58,657 nt of DNA, from the NCBI GenBank assembly GCA_964621395.1, contig CAZULS010000002.1, positions 236,252 through 294,908 of the forward strand. The letters are read 5' to 3'. Below are positions 25,400 to 32,770 of the stretch, piece by piece; position 1 is the first letter of the stretch; each line of letters begins with the position of its first letter. Source of the DNA: an uncultured Candidatus Saccharibacteria bacterium. GTDB taxonomy: Bacteria > Patescibacteriota > Minisyncoccia > Phycocordibacterales > JACNGX01. Under the pieces are notes generated by a model. The model had not been told where the DNA came from. It ran no database searches and was given only the letters and a program-made list of their open reading frames with translations. The translations under genes were made by a program, and so were the position numbers.

Positions 25400-26668
25400 C
25401 TAAAGCCGTCTCAGAAACTCCCCTGCTATTCTGTATACATCTTGATACGTGTCTGCATTCATGAGCTTCATGCGGAGTTCTTTTGCTCCAGGGAATCCAC
25501 GGACGTATGCGGAATAGTGCTTTTTCATGATGGCGAAGTTTTTGTTTGGGTGCATTTTTTCATAGAGTTTCGTGTGCTCGGTGAGTGTTTCAAGAATTTC
25601 TTCTACACTGCATGTATGCTCACCCCGCACCACGAGGGGTGCGGGGTTCTCTTCGTGCATGCCGCGCTGCTCACGCGGTGTATGAAGGAATATCCAAGGA
25701 TTACCAAACACCGCGCGACCAATCATGATGCCGTCGGCGCCGGTCTCTTGTGCTTTGTGTATACCGTCGGAAATGTTCGTAACATCACCATTACCGATAA
25801 TGAGCGTATGAGGTGCGTATTCATTTCGCAGCTCCACTGTACGTGCAACTCGCTCCCAACGTGCCGGTACTTTCGACATATCCTTGCGCGTGCGGGCATG
25901 GATAGTCAACGCGGGAAGATTGAGTGAAAGAAGCTCGGGAATCCACTCTTCCAGTATATCTTTCGAGAAACCAATGCGCGTCTTCACCGACACCGGCGTA
26001 TCTTTTCCCGCCGCTTTTACTCCTTCGCGCACCGCTTCCACAATCTCCTTTGCGCGCTTGGGATCACGAATAAGATCGGCGCCGGCGCGCTGCTTGATAA
26101 TCGCCTCTTGAGGGCATCCCATATTGATATCGATGCCATTGAAATTAAGCTTCGCCACTTCGCGCGCACCGATACACATCGTCTCCGGATTACCCCCAAA
26201 AATCTGCGCGATAATCGGTCGTTGCTTTTTGGTATAGGCGAGGTCGGAAATGAGATGAGGTCGCCCTTCATCGCTCGCTAATCCGTCGCAAGCGACGAAT
26301 TCAGTCCACATGATGTCCGGTCCCCCGTGTTTTGTGCTCATCAACGAATCAAACCCTCTAAAAACAGGAAAAGGTAAGAAGGAATTTTTCATGAGCTCCG
26401 CTTGGCAGTCCTCGCATCGAATATTCGGCTGCGCCTCGTTACTCAAACACGCCGCACAGGAGTGCGCCGTATTTTCCGTAACATCGGCTCGCACGAATCT
26501 TCGCCACGAGAACAAGCCATTTTCAGAGGGTTCAATTCTACTTTTCCTCGCAATAATTTCACGGAAGGCATTGTCGGTGGCATCTGCCATCGGCGCAAGC
26601 GCAAAAAACGGCTTCTTTCCTCGAACCGTATCCCACACATTCTTTTCTTGTCGGTGAAAGGTGAACAT
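25400..26668 (-). CDS. dus: tRNA-dihydrouridine synthase carrying a ~70-aa repeat-derived insertion
   Basis: LAPMADATDNAFR, IDINMGCP and a TIM-barrel Dus pattern. The start was set at MFTFHRQEK (26668). The track ORF extension to 26893 runs through repeats. Confidence 0.88.
   Translation of the reverse strand: MFTFHRQEKNVWDTVRGKKPFFALAPMADATDNAFREIIARKSRIEPSENGLFSWRRFVRADVTENTAHSCAACLSNEAQPNIRCEDCQAELMKNSFLPFPVFRGFDSLMSTKHGGPDIMWTEFVACDGLASDEGRPHLISDLAYTKKQRPIIAQIFGGNPETMCIGAREVAKLNFNGIDINMGCPQEAIIKQRAGADLIRDPKRAKEIVEAVREGVKAAGKDTPVSVKTRIGFSKDILEEWIPELLSLNLPALTIHARTRKDMSKVPARWERVARTVELRNEYAPHTLIIGNGDVTNISDGIHKAQETGADGIMIGRAVFGNPWIFLHTPREQRGMHEENPAPLVVRGEHTCSVEEILETLTEHTKLYEKMHPNKNFAIMKKHYSAYVRGFPGAKELRMKLMNADTYQDVYRIAGEFLRRL
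26346..26538 (+). mobile_element. R200 TIR element, copy C, inside the dus reading frame
   Basis: DNA alignable to 32527-32721 and 41329-41524 (CTTGGCA..CTCGCA..ATATTCGGCTG..CATCGGCTCGCACGAAT..CACGAGAA.AAGCCATTT). Its own arms are GAATCAAACCCTCTAAAAA / TTTTCAGAGGGTTCAATTC. Confidence 0.75.
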
Positions 26669-26690
26669 TGTTAGACAAAAGATAACAGGT

Positions 26691-26760
26691 GTCATCCCGC
26701 ACTTGATCCTAAACCACAAGTGGTCGGATGCAATGCGGGATCTTCCCGAATAACCTTCAA
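26691..26760 (+). repeat. long GTCAT hairpin variant, copy 2
   Basis: Matches 3358-3428. Confidence 0.75.
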
Positions 26761-26775
26761 AAATAATATATCGAA

Positions 26776-26801
26776 GATTCCGGCTCGGGGGCCGGAATGA
26801 C
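26776..26801 (-). repeat. GTCAT hairpin (CCGGC stem class)
   Basis: The rc reads GTCATTCCGGCCCCCGAGCCGGAATC. Confidence 0.75.
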
Positions 26802-26810
26802 AGGAGAAAA

Positions 26811-27668
26811 TCATTCCGCCTCCCCTTTCTCTCGGAAAAATACCTTATTCCCGAAACGCATATCAAGATACTCCCAATCGGTGTTTTCTTCAAGCGATTC
26901 CAAGACCGCTATAATATCGGTACCCACTTTATCCGGATTCACGTCAAGCGGATACATGAGATAGGTATCGTCCTCAAAGAAAAGGTAGCCGTCTTCTCCG
27001 CGAAATTCATGACGCACACCAATCAAACCACCCTCTTCCACACGTTCAACCACGGCAACAGTATTTTCAAACACCTCATCCGGAGCGATATATGTGCCGA
27101 CAGCCTCTTTTTCCACTTCGCCACCATACCACTGAAAAAACGCCGAACCGGAAAAGAGCGGTGCCTCGTCAAAGATAAATCCTTCCGTGTCCACAAAGTA
27201 ACATGTCGGTGTATATTCCTCTCCGATGAGCGCTTTGTCACGTTCACGATCGATGTATGAATCTTCACACCACAGAGACACAGGAACGCGTTCGGTAATA
27301 TCGATGATAATTGCCGTCATATTCTCTCGCTTCACAGAAAGTGTATCCACTCGAAGAAATGTTTCCATGATGCGAGTAATAATATCGTTCTTGGGGTACC
27401 AGAGCGTATTGGCACGATTCCACATGAGAAAATTATTTCCCTCCAGTTCTTGTTGTGCCAAGTCAATGACACTTTCCTCATCAATCGTCTTCACACCCTC
27501 CACCTTCACAGAACGTATGGATACCGCTTCGTGATGCGAGCCCCATGCGAGAAGTCCGACAATGCAGCACATGCCCAATACACCAATGCCGAAAAAGACG
27601 CCGAGCTTCTTGTGTTCTTTACGGCGTTTTTCTTTTCTCTTTCGATGGATGAGTGTATGGCGACGCAT
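26811..27668 (-). CDS. ftsQ: cell division protein FtsQ/DivIB-like (POTRA)
   Basis: Basic N-terminus, a TM helix, then IRSVKVEGVKTIDEESV, which is POTRA-like. Confidence 0.65.
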   Translation of the reverse strand: MRRHTLIHRKRKEKRRKEHKKLGVFFGIGVLGMCCIVGLLAWGSHHEAVSIRSVKVEGVKTIDEESVIDLAQQELEGNNFLMWNRANTLWYPKNDIITRIMETFLRVDTLSVKRENMTAIIIDITERVPVSLWCEDSYIDRERDKALIGEEYTPTCYFVDTEGFIFDEAPLFSGSAFFQWYGGEVEKEAVGTYIAPDEVFENTVAVVERVEEGGLIGVRHEFRGEDGYLFFEDDTYLMYPLDVNPDKVGTDIIAVLESLEENTDWEYLDMRFGNKVFFREKGEAE

Positions 27669-27670
27669 GG

Positions 27671-27862
27671 AAATTACGAATTACGAATCTGTACGAATAT
27701 ACGAATACTCAATAATGCCTCGCAGGATTTCTCACTATACATAAACCACATATCTCCTTCAATGCATCGTCTAAAAACATAGAATGCAAAAACAAAAATC
27801 GTAAGCCTGGAGCGGTCAAATAACCCTTTCGCGTATTCGCGTTTATTCGTAATTCGTAATTT
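27671..27862. repeat. word-like TTACGAA/TTCGTAA inverted arms spanning the ftsQ-serS spacer
   Basis: AAATTACGAATTACGAAT.. (27671-) pairs with ..ATTCGTAATTCGTAATTT (-27862). The right arm encodes the last residues (ITNYE) of SerS. Confidence 0.6.
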
Positions 27863-29111
27863 TATCCTTCCCCATATACGGGCGAAGTACTTCGGGAACC
27901 ACAATAGAGCCGTCTTCTTGCTGATTGTTTTCGATAATCGCCACAAGTAAGCGCGGCGTCGCAATAGCGGTATTATTGAGCGAGTGTACAAAACGAAGTG
28001 TGCCTTCCTCATCACGATACCGAATATTTAAACGACGTGTTTGGAAATCGTGAAAATACGAAGATGAATGTGTTTCGCGATATGTCTCTTCCGAAGGAAC
28101 CCACACCTCAATATCATATTTCTTCACCTGTCCGAGCCCGAGATCACCACCGCAGTTCACTACCACGTGATACGGCAAACCGAGTTTCTGGATACACTCC
28201 TCGGCATTCTGCGTAAGTTCTTCATGCATGCGCACAGATTCTTCATGCGACGCTTCACACAAGACCACCTGTTCCCATTTAAAAAATTCGTGCACGCGGA
28301 TAAGTCCTTTTGTATCTTTTCCATGACTTCCCGCCTCCCTCCTGAAACACGGAGAAAAAGAAAGATATTTTTTCGGCAATTCCTCACGCGATAGTGTTTC
28401 ATCCATGTGATAGCCCATGGTGGCTACCTCACCGGTGCCGGAAAGAAATTCACCGTCTTGTGTTTTATACAAATCCTCTTCGCTTTGCGGCAAATATCCC
28501 GTACCCAAAAAAGATTCGCGGCGCACAAGAGACGGCACAAACATCTGTGTAAATCCTTTCGCGCCAAAATACTCCTGCGCGTATTGCCAGAGCGCCATGG
28601 AAAGTTTCGCACCATCACCCTTCAAGAAATACCCGCGAAAGCCCGACACCTTTGCCCCACGCTCTAAATCAATCATATCGTGAGCGAGCATGAGATCAAT
28701 ATGATTCTTTGGCGTGAATGTGAAGGACGGCTTTTCCCCCCATGTGCGTATTTCGACATTGTCGGCATCGTCGTTCCCCTCGGGCACCGACATATCAGGA
28801 ACATTGGGCACTTGAAGCATGAGTGTGTGCCATGTCTTCATCGTCTCTTTGAGCTCTTCTTCCTTGGTCTGAATTGTTTCTTTGAGCTCTTGCATCTCAG
28901 CTATTTTTACCGCTCGCTCTTCGCTTTCTAATGTGGCAATCTCTTTTGACACCACATTTTGCCACGCTTTCATTTCTTCCGTTTCAGCGACGAGTGCTTT
29001 ACGCGCATCGTCGGCGACAAGAAGTGCCTCAATATCAACATCCACGTGCTTTTTCTTCGCACCGGCAATAACGATATCTTTATTCTCACGGATGAATTTG
29101 ATGTCGAGCAT
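27843..29111 (-). CDS. serS: seryl-tRNA synthetase
   Basis: Class II motifs (FRREAGS, GLIRVHEF, GGDLGL..). The start was set at MLDIKFIREN (29111); the track ORF runs to 29261. Confidence 0.95.
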   Translation of the reverse strand: MLDIKFIRENKDIVIAGAKKKHVDVDIEALLVADDARKALVAETEEMKAWQNVVSKEIATLESEERAVKIAEMQELKETIQTKEEELKETMKTWHTLMLQVPNVPDMSVPEGNDDADNVEIRTWGEKPSFTFTPKNHIDLMLAHDMIDLERGAKVSGFRGYFLKGDGAKLSMALWQYAQEYFGAKGFTQMFVPSLVRRESFLGTGYLPQSEEDLYKTQDGEFLSGTGEVATMGYHMDETLSREELPKKYLSFSPCFRREAGSHGKDTKGLIRVHEFFKWEQVVLCEASHEESVRMHEELTQNAEECIQKLGLPYHVVVNCGGDLGLGQVKKYDIEVWVPSEETYRETHSSSYFHDFQTRRLNIRYRDEEGTLRFVHSLNNTAIATPRLLVAIIENNQQEDGSIVVPEVLRPYMGKDKITNYE

Positions 29112-29289
29112 GGTAAAAACGATGAACGATAAACTATAAAAAATAAGGAAGTAAAGGGCGGTTTTTGCGCGAGCGCAAAAACCGCCCCGCCTCAAGTGTG
29201 TACTGCCAGTATAGCAAAATACGACACACGATGCACGAAGCACGGAGAAAACGCCAGGCAATATAACCTATGCCGCAAACTACGAGGTA

Positions 29290-29319
29290 TTGACACAGGT
29301 ATGGACATATGCTTATATA
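29290..29319 (+). promoter_or_regulatory. sigma70-like promoter candidate
   Basis: TTGACA, a 17-nt spacer, then TTATAT. Confidence 0.4.
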
Positions 29320-29368
29320 GGTCTAGTAGTTAAAAGGCACGTTCTTCTCAACTAAAATCTTACAAAAG

Positions 29369-29848
29369 ATGGAACATTTTGACGTTATTTTCGGAATACT
29401 TTTATTTCTGGGTTTTTACCTCGGATACCGTACAGAGGGGCAGCAAGGCCTGCAAGATCTTTCCTATGGAACAGCTCTTTTTAGCGCGGCAACTCTTTGT
29501 CTAATAGCGGGCACACCCTTCACGTTTCTCACTCTCCAAGGAGATTTCGGAGACCTGGTTGCCTCTATATCGTTCATATTACTTTGCCTAGCAGTAGTTT
29601 ATGGACTCATATATTTCATTCAGGAGCTTGGTCTTGCCGAAGGAGTTTTTACCTTCCTGTTTATGCTCGCCTTTCTTATTCCATTCTTTGTCGTGTCATT
29701 GTTGTTTCTGTCCGTGTTCGGCTTCTTCCTGTATCATCCATTGATGCTTGTGGGGGTAGTAATCATTATTCCTCCATTTATTGTTTTCTCTTTTACGGAT
29801 TGCTGGGTGAAAACAATACCCGAATACAAAGAGGGTTACATCACATGA
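29369..29848 (+). CDS. hypothetical polytopic membrane protein
   Basis: 159 aa with 4-5 hydrophobic helices. Confidence 0.55.
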   Translation: MEHFDVIFGILLFLGFYLGYRTEGQQGLQDLSYGTALFSAATLCLIAGTPFTFLTLQGDFGDLVASISFILLCLAVVYGLIYFIQELGLAEGVFTFLFMLAFLIPFFVVSLLFLSVFGFFLYHPLMLVGVVIIIPPFIVFSFTDCWVKTIPEYKEGYIT

Positions 29849-29939
29849 GCGAAGGCTGTGTTGCACAGCCAAAGCGGTCCGTTGAGGCCGCTTTTTTTAG
29901 TGCTCAAAAACTATTCGCTATTAGAAACGATACAGAGAA

Positions 29940-30073
29940 GATTCCCGTTCACCAGAGCCCCACTTTCACCAATAATGTTTATGGCAAAATACTTTTTTTA
30001 TTCTTTACTTCTATCGCCTAAGGCTTCTTAATGTATCCAGTGAAAGTCGAGCTCGGCAGGAGCCGGGAATGAC
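29940..30073 (-). repeat. R145 repeat, copy 2
   Basis: The reverse complement aligns to 847-977. Confidence 0.7.
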
Positions 30074-30138
30074 AAGTAGATGTTCTGCCATAATTCTTAA
30101 CTCTTAATTCGTAATTCTATCCCTGCTATACTATACCC

Positions 30139-31017
30139 ATGTCTTCCCCCGACATCATTGCAATCAATCCTGCTGAAATATTTCCTCTCACTTCTGAAAT
30201 GCCGGATGCGCCGAGTGAGCTTTTCGCTTGTGGCACACTTCCCTCTCCTGAAACCAAGCTTCTCACTGTCGTTGGTTCTCGTTCATGTACCACTTATGGT
30301 CGTGATGCATGCGAAGAACTTATTGCCGGACTCACCGGTTACGGCATCGAGATCGTCTCCGGCCTTGCGCTTGGTATTGATGCTATCGCCCATCGCACAG
30401 CCATGCGCGCAGGGCTTCCAACAATCGCCGTGCCCGGCTCCGGGCTTTCACCCGAAGTGCTCTATCCCGCTTCGCACAGAGGACTCGCTGAAGAGATTGT
30501 TGCAAAGGGCGGAGCGCTCATCTCAGAGCTTCCTTCCGATACCCGTGCTGCACAATGGACATTCCCCAAACGCAATCGCATCATGGCGGGTATGGCACAT
30601 GCTACACTCATTATTGAAGCCGGAGAGCGGAGTGGCACGCTCATCACCGCGCGCTTGACACTTGATTACAATCGCGAGCTCCTTGTGGTGCCTCACAGCA
30701 TTTTCTCCGAAGGAGCTCAGGGCTCAAATCGACTTCTTCGCCAAGGCGCTGCCCCGGCAATTGATTCCTCCGATATCCTGCGCGCACTCGGTTTTGACCC
30801 CGAATCGAGGAGCGGGAAAAAAGACGCCTCCGCAATACCCACCGACCTCCCCGCTCCGCAACTAAAACTCCTCTCTCTTCTTACTGAGCCGCTCTCGCGC
30901 GACGAGCTTATCAGAACATCAGAGCTTCCCACAACAGACGCCAACATCGCACTCTCAGCTCTCGAGATTAAAGGATTTATTAAAGAGTCTGTTGGATTGG
31001 TACGGAGAGTGAAGTGA
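30139..31017 (+). CDS. dprA: DNA processing protein DprA/Smf
   Basis: VVGSRSCTTYG, SGLALGIDAIAHR, and a Rossmann-like DprA core. Confidence 0.88.
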   Translation: MSSPDIIAINPAEIFPLTSEMPDAPSELFACGTLPSPETKLLTVVGSRSCTTYGRDACEELIAGLTGYGIEIVSGLALGIDAIAHRTAMRAGLPTIAVPGSGLSPEVLYPASHRGLAEEIVAKGGALISELPSDTRAAQWTFPKRNRIMAGMAHATLIIEAGERSGTLITARLTLDYNRELLVVPHSIFSEGAQGSNRLLRQGAAPAIDSSDILRALGFDPESRSGKKDASAIPTDLPAPQLKLLSLLTEPLSRDELIRTSELPTTDANIALSALEIKGFIKESVGLVRRVK

Positions 31018-31034
31018 CGGATATATTTTTATCC

Positions 31035-31109
31035 GTCATCCCGCACTTGATGCGGGATCTCGAGAGAGTTGTTTCAAAAAGTAAGATCCCGCATCGAGTG
31101 CGGGATGAC
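31035..31109. repeat. convergent doublet of GTCAT hairpins (both CCCGCA class)
   Basis: GTCATCCCGCACTTGATGCGGGATC and, on the rc strand, GTCATCCCGCACTCGATGCGGGATC. Confidence 0.75.
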
Positions 31110-31150
31110 AATGGATAAGAGAAATACGAAAAACGAAACATGAAATACGT

Positions 31151-31187
31151 AAAAGCGGCGGCGGGATTTCAGCCCGCCGCCGCTTTT
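31151..31187 (-). terminator. hairpin terminator after hicA
   Basis: AAAAGCGGCGGCGGG-ATTTCA-CCCGCCGCCGCTTTT. Confidence 0.6.
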
Positions 31188-31201
31188 GCATGTTTATGTC
31201 T

Positions 31202-31405
31202 TTACACCTCAATTCCCGTATCATCCCAAATACGCTTCACAATCTTCGGATGAAGAATCTTCCCGGCATGAAACGGAACCGTCACTCGTATTCCATCATC
31301 GTTTTTATATATCTTGTGACTCCCACTTTGTCGCGCGAGAGAAAAACCGTTCTTCTCCAAGAGAGTAATCATCTCACGTGCTGTCATGCGAGGAAGTTTG
31401 GGCAT
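31202..31405 (-). CDS. hicA: HicA-family mRNA interferase toxin
   Basis: 67 aa. MTAREMITLLEKNGFSLARQSGSHKIY is typical of HicA. Confidence 0.85.
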   Translation of the reverse strand: MPKLPRMTAREMITLLEKNGFSLARQSGSHKIYKNDDGIRVTVPFHAGKILHPKIVKRIWDDTGIEV

Positions 31406-31407
31406 AT

Positions 31408-31638
31408 TTATACAGCAACTTCCACGAGAGACACACTCACATCTCCTTGCGCTTTCACTTCTTCTTTCGCCTCACGACGATCCTCAACATGAAGCGCAAT
31501 CACATCACGAATATTCTCCATCACCTCCTCATAAGTGTCCCCCTGAGCATAGCAACCCGAAAGAGCCGGACATGTTGCAATGTATCCGTCTGCATCGTGC
31601 TCCACCACAACCGACATATTGTAGAGCGTCTTTTTCAT
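31408..31638 (-). CDS. hicB: HicB-family antitoxin
   Basis: VVVEHDADGYIATCPALSGCYAQGDTYEEVMENI. The start was set at MKKTLYN. The gene ends 3 nt before hicA. Confidence 0.8.
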   Translation of the reverse strand: MKKTLYNMSVVVEHDADGYIATCPALSGCYAQGDTYEEVMENIRDVIALHVEDRREAKEEVKAQGDVSVSLVEVAV

Positions 31639-31706
31639 GCCTGTATGATACCACTGGATTAAAATACGCACAAGACACACAAAAACCCCGCTTTGCTGTG
31701 CGGGGT

Positions 31707-32333
31707 TTATTCGTATCGATCAAGGCTTTTAACGATTCTTGAAACCGTTTCTCCTGTCTTTGTCTTTTGATACGGACCAAGAAATGTCCACGCAACAACC
31801 TTTCTGTTATCCCCCTTCTCAATGAGAGTCAATAGCTTTGAGAGCCAATCTTCGTCGGAAGGAATCATCTGACCGTATGGAATCTCATCGAATGAATACC
31901 AGGTTGGTTTTTTCATCTCCTCACTGCCCTGTATTTCTTCTCTATTTAAAACCCAATCCCGAGCAACAAAAAAGTCAACACGACATGTCTTTTTTGTTCC
32001 ATCTTCTCGAGTATTTTCTGCAAAGACAATGGCTCTTTTTTCAAGATCATTAGGAGAGACGATAACGCTTCCGCCTGTTTCCTCTTTTACCTCACGAGCC
32101 GTTGCAATCTCAAGAGACTCTCCGTCATGAGGAGCTCCTCCGGGACCATTCCACGTTTCTTCTCCCATACGTCTATGCCCTTCGTCTTTACCCTTCCACA
32201 TGAGGAGGACTTGGTATTTTTGCAAAGAAGAATTGTGTGCAACAAGAAGACACACAACCGCCTGCCCAAGGACCTTATCTTTTGGAATATTTTTATCCAT
32301 ATCGTTGGTGATTTTAATTTTCGATTTCCTCAT
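31707..32333 (-). CDS. NUDIX hydrolase
   Basis: Nudix box GGAPHDGESLEIATAREVKEETGG. The start may instead be the internal Met at 32300. Confidence 0.75.
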   Translation of the reverse strand: MRKSKIKITNDMDKNIPKDKVLGQAVVCLLVAHNSSLQKYQVLLMWKGKDEGHRRMGEETWNGPGGAPHDGESLEIATAREVKEETGGSVIVSPNDLEKRAIVFAENTREDGTKKTCRVDFFVARDWVLNREEIQGSEEMKKPTWYSFDEIPYGQMIPSDEDWLSKLLTLIEKGDNRKVVAWTFLGPYQKTKTGETVSRIVKSLDRYE

Positions 32334-32526
32334 TCAAGACTACCAATTTCTCACTAAAATGCAATGGTGTGGGAGGCGGGACCGCAGGTCCCGCCTTCTT
32401 TTGAGGCGCGCGAAGCGCGCCTATTCTTTATTCTTAACTCTTAATTCATAATTCTATTCACTATCCCCATTTGCACAAAATACAAACATGGTGTACTAAT
32501 AGTGCCTATACGGAACCGAAAAGCCT

Positions 32527-32721
32527 AGAACCCATCTCACATTAAACCGCTAAAAATAACACTTTGCACTTCGTGTAGATGCTTGGCAATTCTCGCACTC
32601 TCTGTTCTGGCTGCGTCTCGTCGCTCAACCAGAGCGCACGAGAGTGCGGCACGGTTTCCGCGACTGCAACTCGCTCAGCGAGAGAGTGCGAGAATAAGCA
32701 ATTTAATGTGAGATGGGTTCT
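32527..32721 (+). mobile_element. R200 TIR element, copy A, 49 nt upstream of topA
   Basis: Arms AGAACCCATCTCACATTAAA / TTTAATGTGAGATGGGTTCT. An internal long imperfect palindrome has a central CGCAC-GAGA-GTGCG hairpin. Confidence 0.8.
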
Positions 32722-32770
32722 CATTATCGCACGCCAGAATCACATTCGTATTATTTGTAATTCGCATTCT

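Noticed and set aside
29112-29261. A T-box or other leader upstream of serS.
   Set aside because: No specifier-loop or T-box consensus could be recognised. The region consists of word-like repeats plus a hairpin (GCGCAAAAACCGCCC-type) and is more simply intergenic.
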